A DNA stretch of 63,878 nucleotides, filler included, from Choristocarpus tenellus KU-1152 (taxonomy: Eukaryota; Protista; Phaeophyceae): assembly GCA_964200185.2 (NCBI GenBank). It is 11 parts of 11 records of this genome, joined end to end, with 100 filler letters (N's around TTAATTAATTAA, not from the genome) between each part and the next. Parts side by side here need not be neighbours in the genome. Positions count along the whole stretch, not along the records: positions 34,829 to 45,743 come from CAXNAD020002630.1; positions 45,844 to 52,892 come from CAXNAD020006784.1; positions 52,993 to 57,147 come from CAXNAD020015940.1; 8 more parts are not named here. One strand, written 5' to 3'. The notes beneath the pieces are model-generated. The model was not told the origin of the DNA. It searched no databases and saw nothing but the letters and a program-made list of their open reading frames with translations. The position numbers were made by a program, and so were the translations under genes. Position 1 is the first letter of the stretch. Each line of letters opens with the position of its first letter. Shown one piece after another: positions 39,317 to 53,569 of this stretch.

Positions 39317-42300
39317 TGTTCTCCTTACTTACCAAGTGTAGCTTCTCAGTGCAGTTGCTTGCTATGTGATGAGATTTGTCATGTTCAGTACATTTAGTCA
39401 TTTTACTGTAGTTGTGGTGGGAAGGGGGTTTGGGGGAGCATGCTTTTCAGTTGTAGAGTGGGAACTGAGTAATGTTGTGTACTGGTCAGTAGCTCTTTTT
39501 TGTTTTTGACATGGAGTACCATAGGATGGATGAGCTGTGAGTGCCCTTTGTGTAATTTTTTGCTTGAAATGACCCTTCCTCCGTTACATTTGATACTTTT
39601 TGTTTAAACACAAAGCTGATTTGAGGAGGCATGTCAATGGAGGCGTGTTATGAACTCAGATGTATACGTGCATGCACTTGCTGGATTTTTGAGTTTATGT
39701 AGAAATGTCTGTACCAATGACTTGTCTTACAGGATGTTGCATCTTTTTTGTTGTTGTTGTTGATGTATTGTGATGTTGTGTGGGTGGTGCACTTGTTCGC
39801 TATTTGATGGTTTTCAAGTTGTGGACGTAACATATTCAAGTGCAGGGACATAATATAATGCGTCCATGCATGGGGTGTACATAAAATCGTTGATTCGTTC
39901 AACAGAGAGGACGAATAGTGGCTTCCTAGGCACTGTGCTATTATCAATGTGGAGTTGATAGTGTTGCTACACTGCAAAGTTGGCATGGCTAACTTCCGAA
40001 TGGACTGCTTTTTGATCTCCACATTGTTCTAGGACTTGGGGGCACTTTTTTGAGATTTTCGTGTGGGGGAGAAGGAACTGCTTTCAAGAATGGAAGTTGG
40101 AGTAGTCTTCAATCATATAAAGGAGGGGGCAAGTCAAGCATATGCTTTTTTTTTGGAGTTGGCACACAACGCACTCAAGTGCCGCCATAATATGAAATAT
40201 TATATCCATTTGGTCCCATGATACATATACATACACATATATAGAGAGTCTTCTTTGTAGTCTCCCCTGGACTCTGCAGTCAAGTGTATTGTTATGTTGT
40301 GATGTCCACAGGGCATTTTGAGTATCTCATTTTAAACTGTTGGTATGACCAATGCCGGAGGACTCTGTTGTTGTGTACTTCCTAATGTGCCTCTTCAATA
40401 TTCTTTTGCTGCCCGATACACATGTGGAAAAATGCCAGTAGGGGGCATTGGGTTTATTTGTACGTATGTTGGTGTGCACCCAGACCCCTTCTGTATGCAA
40501 CTCATCGTGCCAACTGATGACGAGAAAGAGTGTCACCACCTGCTGCAAGCACCCCCTCACCATAGCCTGTAGTGTCTCAGAGGGGGGGGTAGGGCGTCCA
40601 ATTGGGGCCTGTCGAGGTTGTAGTGATCTTCATGTTATCTGAGTGGATGTGTCAAATGTAGAGGCAATTTTCTTCATCTGAACACACTTTCCTTTTCCAT
40701 TCCAATGCCTGAACCAAATCCGAAGAAAAATTGCCCACAAAATGGGCATCAAACTGTGCTATCTTACAACACTCCATCGAGACCCAAATAGACAACATGC
40801 CCGAAACACCCCTCCCTCTAAGATACTATTGGGTCCAATTTAGTTCACATGCGAGTGGTTGCTCACTCCTCGTCAGATGTCCTGTCTCCCTGAAGCCAGT
40901 TAATACATCCTCTAAATAGTATGTGCACCATATTGAACACGCCTTCCATCTCTTATCAACCTCAGAATTTTAGCAGTATTATCTGTGTATTCGGTGACAG
41001 CGGTGCAGAATACTTTCAGAAATGCGAACACGTTATGAATTTATTGAGCTTGCCGCAACGACACGGAGAGAGGACCGCTTCCGTGGACCTTAGAGAGGTG
41101 CTTTCCGTCCACATCAACACAGTGTCATCATTGGCAAATTAATGCAGACTTGCTTCATTGTTTCGTTTGCAGCGTTCTCGTACCCCTCCACGACAGCCTT
41201 CACAGAAGTGCGACTGGGTACACTAGTAAAATACATATTTTCTTAAATGGTCCTCTCCACAACTACGTAGCAATCCCCTTCTGCATATAGACATACGGTA
41301 GATACACACCATTCAGGGTGTCCTTCATTCCGGGGAGCCCCGTTCAGCCTTGCGGGCTGGGAAGTACCTTGGCAGGTACTCTTCAGATACATTTTTGGAA
41401 GGACACTGTGATAAAGGTAACCATGGACGACGACGGCTGCGGGGATTGAGAGGCTCATTTTCTCCAAGGAATTGGGTCGCCACTCCCTTGCACCGATGTT
41501 CTGAATCGATGGATGGAAGCATGCGCCCCACAGCAGGCGACCACAACAGGTGGTTAACTAACAATCCAAAAGTTTGGTAGTTGGCGGTGTGGTACGGCGT
41601 TATGCCATCACCCTCCAACCGCACAGGAAACTATACATTACCTGCCAATGGTTCTCTCTCTCATGGTAACACAGTATCACCGACTAAATCAAAATTCTAT
41701 TTGAATCCTAACGCTCCAATGAAAACGCTCTCGTGCACTCTGATTTGTGTGATCAAACTGGTTCCGCACGCAGTTGAAAAAACTGTGCCAAATCATCCAG
41801 AGGTTGTTACACTTGTAAGGAAGATGACACGAGGAGTCAGATTGCCCGCATATTCATTGTTTGCTTACCGGGCAGACAAGAGTTTAGTTGGTGGTGGGCC
41901 TTGTCGACTAGGAACACATTCACATAAAAAAATAGAATATCAACAAATAATAAAATATTAACATTATATACTTTCTCCATAGCTAATCAGTTATCGTTTT
42001 CCAGGCTCCATCTGTCATCCCCTGCTGATAATTCAATGCTTGTGCAGGACAGTGGTGGGCAACTACAACAAACTACTATTAACAATACTGTTACCCTCAT
42101 TACTAAGGCAAGATTGAACAGTATGTATGATGACATCTGGGCTACTGCTTTGCATGCAACAGCAGTAATGGTAGTAGAAAAGAATAAAAAGGAAGGATCA
42201 GTGCACCTAGTTGGAATCGTTGTTCTTAGCTTGCATGCAGAGGATGACTCCCAATCTATCAACTTGTATTCTAGTACCACCCCCATTGAGGTCACAACCA

Positions 42301-43149
42301 ATCACTGATATGTACTATGTAATCGGTAGTGTTACTGCTATTATTGACAAACACAATACAAAGGTATGTGCAGAGGGTGGTTCCCTCTTCTTCTCAACAA
42401 CAAGAGGAATCTGAGCGCTGGGGCTATCCACTATCAAGCTTACCTTGCCATAAAGACATAAGTTCACTCCTCATATGTACACATAGAGAAGAAATCAGGT
42501 TTTGCTCAATCATAGGCTGGCGTACATACAACAATCTGGTCACTGATGGGTGAATTTCTATTTCTTTCAACAAGCACACCCATATTAAGTGAAAAGCAAA
42601 TGGACAACAAATTGAGTTCCCCTCTTTCCACAGGCCTGCTTCAAGCATAAAAAATACATATTTCTTGGTGCAAACTTCATGGTCACAAGAGTCAAGAACT
42701 CCACCCAACCCATGTTCCCCCAAGTAGAAAACACAATAAAATGGACCGATCCAACAATAAATGCACACAAACACACAAATACGCATTCATGAAAGAAACG
42801 CTCCAGGCACGAAACACTACGAAAGAAACAAAAAAGACGCACAGGGGGAGGTGAATAAGAAAATGACAGCCCATTTTGCCAAACATTATTGAAAGAGCGG
42901 TTGGCCCAGAGGGTGTTTTGCTTAATTTTATCTTGTCTGGTAGGGCGCTGGCCTGTGACATCTTCATTGGTTTACCGTAGAATTGCATATTGCTTGCTTT
43001 GAAGGTCAAACGTTTTGCACTGACCTCACAGCAATCAACTACGCATGTACGATAAACTAGGTCACTTGTTTCTGGGCAGGAATGCATAGCCCACACCTGC
43101 TACCCAGGTTCAGACACCCCCAAGCCTTTCCATCTCGAGTTACTGGACC

Positions 43150-44000
43150 GCCGTGGTTGCCAAACTAATCGGCGAATATCCTCCTCTTTTCTCCTCACCA
43201 CAGCCCCTCCACCCTACCCACACACAGCTCTGCGCCAAGTTTGAGAGACCTGCAGTACCCCATCCTGGTCACGGAAGGTCGGGAAAATACCATTATATTT
43301 CTTGCAAGCGAGGCACAGGAGTATGTTTCAGGATTATCGCTCAACAGTATTGTCGCACCACGTTCATCTGAGTGAGTCAATTCTATAGATCGTGGAATGC
43401 TCAGACTAAGGCGCAAAGAAACGGTTGCGATCAAGTGCATGTTGTTGCGAAAGATACCAAGGAGAGAAACAAACATCACCTTCATCGCACCTTCGTCCAA
43501 GTCAGAGTTACCAACACAGCAACACAAACGGAAAGCAGACTTCGGTCCCCCTGCCCCTGTTGATTAGAGTGTGGATCGCCACCATGGATCCCCCACATCC
43601 CGTCACCAACGTTTTGGCACCTCCAAAGCTCTTACCCTCATGAGATCACAAACACCTTCAACGACACCCTTATGTTTTCCAATTTCATTTCCATTTCGAG
43701 TGGCAGAAAGTAGCTGCAAAATCAGTTTTGGTCAGTACCAACCATCGCCCACAAACACCACTCTCTTGAAAGTTGACAGGGTCTTATTGACAGATGGGGC
43801 CAACAGTGCTACACTTCCAAGGAACATCGGTCACCAAGGGTACCGAGTACAAACTAAGCTAAGCGTCCCTCAGGTATAATGGCCTGCCCTGTTTGTGGCA
43901 CCAGGTGCAAGTCAGCCCAATACAAAATGGTAATTCCTGATAGCATTCTCCACCAAGTACATTGTGTTGTAGTTAGTATATGGGACTATTCCGCGCAGCT
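43150..44000 (+). mobile_element. Very degenerate retrotransposon RT/RNase H-like remnant
   Basis: Weak fragments (ATMDPPHPV, LLTDGANS, VAPG..MVIPDSIL) resembling the gypsy RNase H end; many stops. Confidence 0.3.
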
Positions 44001-45889
44001 CGCGGCTCGGCTTCGTACACGTTTGGTTTTGATGTTCAATTTTGGAAATGAATGCACTTCTACATATTATACCCTCCCACACTTTACAAGAGGATCAGTT
44101 CAACGCATGGGAGACCAGTGACTTCTCAAGATATTGTTGATGTTTGAGAAACTTGCACCGCAGACGATGGAAAACGGAGGCAAGATGGATAGGATAAGAA
44201 CTATCTCGTGGATAGATGTGTCCAGAGGAGGTTGTTGAGGGGTTTGTTATTACGTTTTGTTGGATAAGAAATATACGGAGCACCAGGCAAACGAACCAAT
44301 ACAACAGAAGTACATAGTTGGTATGAGAGAGAGTGTTGCTGGCAGCATCACGCCTAACTCCAGGGGAAAGTGGTATTCCAAGGAGGGAGTTGTGTGATGG
44401 TACCTGATGGTATATATATATATATATATATATATATACCAACGTCATGCTAAAGCAGCAACACGAAAGCTAACCCAACCACCACCCGCTGTCTACCTGC
44501 TGAATACCGCACTCTCATTCCTTGAATTATCTCTCGTTTGTGGTTGGTTCTTCTCTCTTCTCTCTTCTCCCACTTCCCTCTTCCTGTTCTTTCCTTCTTT
44601 GTGTGACATGTTGCAATTGAGTGTTGCTCTTACGACCTTGATGGACCTGAGATGGTGATTGTAGTCTTTGTGATCGTTGAAGTCGGTGCATTCTTAGGGT
44701 TCTCTTCTTTTTTGTTGCTCTCCTGTTACAAAATTGAGTCCGTTCTCCTTTCCTTCTTATTCTCTTTCTCCCCCTTTACAATATTCTTGTACTACTACCT
44801 TTTCCTTCTTGTCTTCCAACTAGCTATGCCCTGCATCTCTCCAGCAGTTTGTACTGCCTTCTTCACCAACCTGTTCAGTCACGGGCCTATTGCCATTGTC
44901 ATCACATTAGCTTGATGAGGGATCCAACGGTAGTAGTATCAAGAAGGCACAATACACAATCAAGACTGCTTGAGAAAAGGCAACAAGGATCACAAAAAGA
45001 AGAAAAAGAAAGAAGCAGCAGTGAAAAATTCGCAAACAAAATAGTAGAAATTTTAGAAATGATAGAAATGAAAAGGGATAGAAGAAGAGGAGGAATATAG
45101 AGCCTGAAGGAGGAAACTATTAGTACCCAAAATATCCATAAATAATAAGATAAGAAAAAGGAAGCGATGAACAATGGATCATGCACAGAGGGGTACCAAC
45201 TGCTAGCAGCAAGTAGTGGCTCTCACCGTTGTCTGTTGTGTCCTGTTCCTTGTATACATACTTTTTTTCGTTACCAATAACAATATCGAAGAGTAGGTGG
45301 ACGCCGCCTATGGTACAAAGTTTGGCCGCTACGTACATACATACCGCCTCTAACAAGAAATATGATCACGATATCTTATCAACTAACCCTATCTTCTTCT
45401 CTTCTTCTTCTTCCTATTAATAATCGTGCCAAAACTACACGAAAATAACAGCCATTAATGCCGAAAATATGTTCGAAGCACAAGCTTTTCATGCACATAT
45501 TATATCCAGAGTGAAACATGTGTTCGTTCTTCTTTGTGGGCTTGGTAAGAATTTTTTTTTTGTGGATGCGACCTATTAATAATCCCTTACTACTGCTTGT
45601 ACAAACCGCAAAAATAGCACTCTAATCAATATTTATAACTAGTAGTAGAATAATACGTATGCATATACGTGTGTACCGTATAATAAATCTGTAATGTACC
45701 ATACGTATTATTATAAGAATACCAAAACCGTTACCGGCTCCTCNNNNNNNNNNNNNNNNNNNNNNNNNNNNNNNNNNNNNNNNNNNNTTAATTAATTAAN
45801 NNNNNNNNNNNNNNNNNNNNNNNNNNNNNNNNNNNNNNNNNNNGCGGTTTATATAACCAAAAAAAAAAAAGTTTTTTCCACCAAACCCG

Positions 45890-45922
<33 letters not shown>

Positions 45923-46392
45923 AGATACTTTGACCATATATATATATATATGTATGGAGTTTATATTGCTGTATGGTTTGTGCTCAAAGGAAAAGGATAG
46001 AAAATTCTTCTCAAAACTTCACCTTCTCATTGCAGTTGGTGTGTTAGTGGGTAGGTTCCTGTGGGCCAAGAATATTAACTCCTTGTATTACCTAGAATAT
46101 CGTGCAGATTGGTATGGTAGAAAGTAGCTAAGGAACAACAAATGAACTTCACGTTCCTGTTCTGACATACTCCTGTCAGTTCCTACTCTACGGCATGTAA
46201 TAGAAGATTTTGAAGTCCTGGTGCTTTAATGTGTGAAATTGTACATTGGAGTTTATTTTTCTTTCTCAATCATCCACCGCAACAACACTGACGAATACCC
46301 ATACCCTCCACACTCTTTCTGGAACTTTCATTCTTATGGTGGGATGTGCACTACTATACAAACACATGACAAACTTCACAATCGGTTCCCAG

Positions 46393-49300
46393 AGCCACAG
46401 CAGGGGAAAAACGTGCACGTTTGGAGGTTGAAGTGGGGGGCGACAGTGCCACCATCATCGCACCCACAGAGGCTGCTGCAATGAAAGTGGGGACAATCAA
46501 CCCAGTGGAAGACTTTGAGAAGATGATACCTGCTGGGAACATACAAGCCTCTGGCATGGTAGGCTGCAGTGGTACACCTTCATTGTGGATCACAGCTATG
46601 TCTCAGATATTATTTTTTGCTTTCCAACTTGACTGCAATGTTTGACCGTAGGAATCCAGTGTACAACTTGGATGCTTGATCCAATTGCCATGACGACATT
46701 GAGATTACACAGGCTACTACCATTGGCACCTTGAATGAGATTATGCCTTTTGCTGTCTATCGTCTGTATACCCCCAAATGCATCGTTTTTTTAATGCCTG
46801 ATGAATCCTCAACTTGTTGGTTTTTCTGATGCATTGTCGTACTGCGCATCCTGAAGCTCTTTTTTCATCAACCTTAGGGTTAGCAGGCTTGTCCTCCTCC
46901 TTTTGATTCAAATATGCGTATGTTGTAGAGTACTCATAACACATTCTCTGCCAAACACCAGATTTTTGTTGAATTTGAGTATTAACAAGGATAAGTTATC
47001 CTGGAGTTCGAACCAGGCAGGACTACTTGCCACCATCACGAAGCTTGGCAACAATCAACAGACACCGACTTGACGGTCTGCCTGCCGGGGTCCATCGAAG
47101 TATCTTCTGCAAAGCCTGACTTCCTTTGTAGTGTAACCCCCACCCCTCTTCTCCTCCCCAACCATGTTCCATTCAGCCTTATTCCTTTGACAGGAATATA
47201 TCCTGACATTCCCCAATGCACACCACAATGCAATGCTTCCCTCTTGCCTAACCTGTGCTATTGCTCGGCTCCTCTTCAAAGGACGTTGTGGAGGATGCAG
47301 TTCACCAGATGAAGGCAGTAGTGCACACATTAGTCCAGAAGGGAAGCACATTGGCACATAAAAGAAAGGTATTACTGTTTTCTTCAAAGGGTCACTCTTT
47401 CATGGTACCTATCATATTGTTGTATGGGAATGTGACGTGAAATGTGGTGCTTGGGGTGAAAATGACACTGTGTGTAAAAGTTGGAGTTTGCGGCTGGTGG
47501 GTTTCAGAATTGCCTTTGAGTCTTTGTTGTGTGTACTATGGGGTAGTCAGAGTGAGATTGAAGGGTTGCAGTCAAGGGAACAACTCCTCTTGACGGGAGG
47601 GGTGGCTCAGGATATCTTTTTTTTTTTCGTTAAAGTGCATTGTTGCAGTATGAACTGTAAATGTGTTCAGCTAAACCTGAAGGTTCGGTAGATTTTTGTT
47701 CTATATGTTGCCTTCAGGAAGGGAAGGGCAATTTGACATAATTTTTCTAGAGTGGATGTGTGTTACGAGTAGTTCTGACTAAAACAGAGTTTTCAGTGTT
47801 GAGTGCAGTGACTAGTTAGGCAATACTCCAGCATACCTTGTAGACCTCTATTTGCTTGGAATTGGATGAAAACAAAATTGGAAGTGTAGAAAGATATTCT
47901 AAGTTTCTCTTGATATATCCATTTCTGACCTGGTTGTCGCCTTTTGCGCTTGTTGGACAACTGTGTGATTGACAGGAACTTGGTGTCTTGTATTTTTGCG
48001 CTGTGTAGGGAAAAGATTTGTCACCATATGTCTCTTGACATTGCTCTTTGGTACCTGTTCACTACTCTCTTGCAACAACAGTATATGCGCAAATCCATAC
48101 CATCATTTGAGTGTTGCTTGGTTTCCAGTTCATTAGTATGCTGTGATGTAAGCAAGTTTCATTTGCTTGACAGAGATTGAGTCCTTCCTAGATCACCCCT
48201 TCATGAATGGGATACCATACTGTGCCAAGAATTTATCCTCATGTATGTTTCTGTCACTGGAATCAAAAGGATAGACTGCATTGCTCACATGCTCACAAAC
48301 ATTATTTGTCCAAGTGGTTACGTTGTTTCTTCCTCCTTTCATTCCTTGTATGTTTTTGCCAATGCTGGCAAGGCTGTGAGGTGCATGATTTCTCTAAGGT
48401 GTGCCTGTGTGAGGACCTTCCTGGGGAAGTCCTTCAACGACTTCCTTGGGGAACTCAAATCAGATTATCAGGGAGGCATTCATTCAAACTTCTGGCAGGA
48501 GGTATGTAGCAAGGAGAGGGTTGCAATACTGAGTATTGGAATTGTTTTACTTCTAGCTAGGCTGTTGCATTTTGTCCTTGCTTTTGAGCAGTGTTGAGAC
48601 CCTAAGCATTTAAGAGGGTAGGTGTCCATCCATTCAGGGTTATAATCCGATGTTGCGATTTTTATGGATTTTGGCTATCGTGTTTGCTAGCAAGTGTCAA
48701 TATCCTTGCTCCAGATGCACCTTTCATAGTGGTATACATTTTAGGGTTAGGGTTAGTTTTCACACATAAGACCAAAAAAGAGCATGAAACACTTGTGGGA
48801 AGCCAAGCCCTGAAACGAACAAATAGGGAAAAACTCCCACCTACCCTCTTGGATGCTTTGGGTATAGCTTTGTGTTTATGTATGCATGTATTATGTATGA
48901 AAACCATAACTTTATTGGCAAATTTCTTTTTAAAAGACTTTTTTGTTGCACTGTACTGCTGATCATACTGGTAAATTAATTCCAACTCAGTTTTGGAATG
49001 CTGGTTTTTGAAAACACATCTTTGTTTTAGTTTGACTGTATGTATATTCCTCACCTTTTTGTTTTCACGGTTGTGGGTCATTTCGTCATTCTTGTAGGAT
49101 CCATCATAGGGCATTTCGTTCTACATAAGCACAGTAGAAGCATAGCACTCAAAGAGTGTTCACACGTTCTTAAACATTGCGTGGCATTTCTCTTCTGTTT
49201 TCTTTTTCTCACTGCTGATTTTAGTAGATGATTCAATTTAATATCCGTTTAAGCTCACTATTTGGAAAATATCTCTTGCATAGGGTTTCTTAGAGTAATT

Positions 49301-50018
49301 GTATTAGTACTAAATTACTTTTAAAATAAGCATAGATGCCTTGAGGCTTGCAAACGACCTTGTTTTATGTCTCATTTCTTCAATGGAATTTTAGGAATGC
49401 ATTTTTGGCATCAACCCTGTAGATGGAACACCCCACCACCTGTTTAACCATTGGAAATCAAGTGTTTGAGCTGCCAATAGCAGGCTAGACCTCCACAGAC
49501 CCCCTAGAGCTTCAGCAATGAGATTGCCCAATACCAAGCTTCAGAGAAACCCTATTCCGTTCCAGATGTGATATTTCTGTGCTTTAACAAGTCTATCTGT
49601 AGCAAGGGGGATAAGATTGGACAAATATGAAATTGCCCTAAGAATAATGGTACATATTTCTAGCACTAAATCAAGTTGTGGACTGTTATCAGTCATCAAC
49701 CCAAGATACGCAAGTGGAAATATCCAAGTTGAGTCCAATAGAAGAATACGTTTCATTTCTAACGTATTCTATTTGATTTGTGCCAAGATCTTTGTGGCAC
49801 TTACAAACAAACGTCCTGCCATCACTGGTGACCTTTCCCCCATTGTGAAGGTAATCAAGGAGAAGGATGCGGTTGGACCCATCACAAACAAGGAAGACAG
49901 TTGCCTTGACATGGATGCTGCCACTGCTGCAGCGTTGATGTCTTCACAGGTGGTGGAGGAGGCCACGGAGGCTGAAGTCGAAGAGGAAGATGATGAAGAC
50001 TTAGATGATATGGCATGA
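46393..50018 (+). CDS. KU80: Ku80 (XRCC5) C-terminal exons: 46393-46558, 47282-47368, 48373-48501, 49851-50018 (stop)
   Basis: KVGTINPVEDFEKMI...DAVHQMKAVVHTLV...KAVRCMISLRCACV...SFNDFLGELK...FWQEVIKEK...GPITNKE and acidic tail EEEDDEDLDDMA match the Ku80 C-terminal (DNA-PKcs-binding) domain; intron phases are consistent. Confidence 0.9.
48596..48862. mobile_element. Degenerate MITE copy (GAGTCAAAGTATCT family) in a Ku80 intron
   Basis: Shares AATCCGATGTTGCGATTTT...TTTTGGCTATCGTGTTTGCTAG...CACCTTTCATA and GTGGGAAGCCAAGCCC with the 50710 copy. Confidence 0.75.
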
Positions 50019-50709
50019 CATCGTGGCCGTTGAGGGAAAGTACATGAAGAAGAGAGGATGGGTGCATGAGAATATCATCACTTGAGTTTATATTGTACAA
50101 TTGTGAGGCAGCATCAAACATTGCACTCTAGCTATATAGAACACACTTTGCACAGCATTACATCCATGACCCTTTACAGGTGGACACAAGCCATTGCTGT
50201 TGGTGTTCACACCCCCGAGAAGATTTTTTGGGTAGTATTTTTGTTTCAAATTTGATCTGCTGAAGGAACAGGATCGAGATGCCCAGTTCAGAAGGGGATT
50301 ATCTGTTCTTATCCCTTGGTTGTGGGATATGTGGTACTAGTTGTAGGCCTAAATACAGAAAAGAAAGTTTTGATTTGCCTCAACCACTAGATAACAAGTA
50401 CATCATGCACGTCTGCATACTAAATTTTTATATAACTACTCCATCTCAAAGTTTCCTTTGAGTCTCTGTGTGCATCTAAAGATCGTACATACTGTACACA
50501 CCAAAAGAACAGTGCTAGTAATAAGTACAGTTGTGTATATGTTTTTGGCATGAAGTAGACCCTTTGGTTTGGGCTTTAAGATCTCAATTTTTATTGGTTT
50601 TCTTGATTGAACGTGCAAGTTTGCCATATGTAGTGTTTGACCCTTCAAATCCTTGTCATGAATATTCCCTCTTAAGCAGTGGACAAGAATGGGTATACCT
50701 GTGAGGTTT

Positions 50710-50967
50710 GAGTCAAAGTATCTTAGAGGGTAAAGCCGCGTCCGTTTGGGGATCAAAATCCGATGTTGCGATTTTGATGAAATTTTGGCGATCATGTTTG
50801 CTAGGAAGTGTCGATATTCTTGTTCCAGGCACACCTTTTCATACTGTAGACGTATCACCTACTCCGAATTATTTCGGAGTTGCAAAATGTCATAAAGAAA
50901 TCGTGGGAAGCCAAGCCCCAAACGGACAAACAGGGCAAAACTCGTACTCTCTTAAGATACTTCACTC
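50710..50967. mobile_element. MITE, GAGTCAAAGTATCT family copy
   Basis: TIRs GAGTCAAAGTATCTTAGAGGGTA / TACTCTCTTAAGATACTTCACTC. Confidence 0.85.
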
Positions 50968-53569
50968 TTTGAGTCAAGAACGGGTGTAGTGGAAAACAAG
51001 TTGGACTATGTGGACCTCTGTCTCGTCTTCCATGCTAAAATAGTCCTATACCTTTTCTCGCCCTCATTTTAACAGTTCGATATTTCTTGTCTACTCTGTG
51101 TTGCTCAACTGTTTTCACTTATTGTAAGTACTCTTATTGGACGAACAATACAATCCTTTGTCCCAGCGTGTGTATCCCACCTTCTGTATTCTCATCATCT
51201 CTACACATCTCTTGTGCCATAGTCGACCTCGGAAATTAGAACGTCAACAAGCAAGATCCAAGCCAATTAGGATTATGAGAGTTTGGAGTGTATGTGGTGT
51301 ATGGTTGGGTGGGAAGATTTATTTTCGTCCAATAAGCTGGCAAAAACAGGTCAGCCGAGTGGAAAGTAGAGTAAATGGGGGCAAGAACGGGTATAGGACA
51401 TTTTAGCGATGGTCTTGTGATGGAGGACCCCATTCTCCAACTTATTCTCCCTTACATCAGCTTTTTTCCATTGTGGTACAGGTGCACCTGCTCTTGTCCA
51501 TTGCCCTTCAATAAATGTCACATTTTCTTAAGGATTTATGTACTCACCCTGCTTGACCTTTCCATTCCCTGCATTTTCTTGGGATATGTTATTCCCAAGC
51601 TAGGTAGACCATATCAGTAGTGTGCACTATTTATTATGCAATGAATACGTCACACCTAAACACTGAAAGTATATGGAACATGTCTGCACCATTGAACCAA
51701 CTGCTCTTCGAACAACTTAGGATTGGTGTGGTTATAGGAGCTGGGCACATCTTTGGGTTAAGCAACCAATCTAAAGTTCATTGCAGTGCAAAGGGTAAGC
51801 CCTCACCTCCTCAAAACGTCATCAAACTGAGTTATGTAATCTATCCAAGGTTCATGTCAGTCAACAGGAAGCAAATCACGTACTGTGTCAGCCACCTTAA
51901 CAGTTGTCAAAAATTGAAATCTGTGGGGCACTTAACCCTCAGATGTAAAAAATAAGTGGTATTTTCTGCTTCTCATGAGGTTCTTTTTTGTGGCGAACCC
52001 AGTTCAACTTTCCTTGATCTAACAAGATCTAGTGTTTATTAATGTGTGGATCCATTGTGTTTGATTTTTGAGGATCTTTGAGAGGATACAGCGCTTGTGT
52101 AGGAGAATTACAACAAAGTTTGTGTTCTTCTATGGTCCGTTACCTTCCCTACCTCTTCACATTTGTTGTCTATTGGTGTTCCAACTTACTCTGGAGTGCT
52201 GGTGCTTGATGTGACAATAATAGCACCACTAAATTGTAGCAAGGTTGAGCATTCAGTGACAGGAATTATGACAGGAAAAAGAACAAGAATGGCCATGAAA
52301 CCAATACCAAAATATTGGAAAGGTCATCATCACCATTATTGTGAAGTATTGTTGGTTGTGACGATGGCCCTTGTTTTTGGTTACTACTAAATGGTACTAC
52401 TGCCAGCGGTGGTACATACTTTTGGTACATATGTATGTGTCAAGTACATAATACATAAATGCATACATAACATTCACCTGAACAAAGGGATTACCCCTAC
52501 CTGCACACTCCATTCCGACCCATTTCTCCCTCTTCCTCTGTCCCACATGGCCAAGCTCAACATCATGGTCAGGGATTCCCCTCTTTCCAATCCTGTCATG
52601 TCCTCATTGCCCATTGTGAGGAAAGGGCATTCCTTGTTCAAGATATCTCACAATAAGATCATGTAACAGACTCGGTGCTCAAGAACGTAGGCAAAGCCTT
52701 GATGATCTGACTTGTATTCTTGGCTTGAAGTGTGTATTTCAGGTGTAATTTATTGTCTGAGTCATGGCCACTAGTCGAGGGCAAGTAGAATCTTCAAATC
52801 TGAAAAATCTTCTACTCCGCAACTCAATAAGCCTCAAAGTATCTGGGGGGAGGTGGCGGCTGTCCATTTGGGGTCAATTTTTTCTTGTCGCGNNNNNNNN
52901 NNNNNNNNNNNNNNNNNNNNNNNNNNNNNNNNNNNNTTAATTAATTAANNNNNNNNNNNNNNNNNNNNNNNNNNNNNNNNNNNNNNNNNNNNGTGAAAGA
53001 GTTCAGTCCGGTGATTGTGATTGCCCCCTTGAGCAAAAAAGAACTTGGCACCTTTGACACTTTCACAAATCACTTATTCTGTAAGGCTACCTATGTGTTA
53101 CTAATATCGTATATAGTTCGTACTTGTCAGAACTCGAGAAACAATCCTTATACTGTATGTCTGTTACAAATGTTCGTATTTCCTACACATGAGGATAAAA
53201 TACTCGCGCTATTCGCGTGTAACAAATGTCCGAACTTCGTTGAAATACAAGAAGAAACACTTGCGCTATTATTCGCTGGTAACAACGCCGCATATAAAAG
53301 ACCACACTAGAAGGGGGACGCGACGAATTCTTTTTGTGGATATGTTTATTTTATTTGTGATGCAAGAATATCTGCTTTTTCTTGCAAACACACAGATAAG
53401 TAAATTAAATTTTCCGATGTTAAAATTCTATACATACATTTCAAACTACTACACCATGTAATATATACAGTGGGTTACCCGATTTTTGGCCAAGTATTAT
53501 GAACCACATCAATTTTGTACCGCTTTTTTTCGACATGCTCAAAAAAATAGGATTTTGTACCGAATTCTA

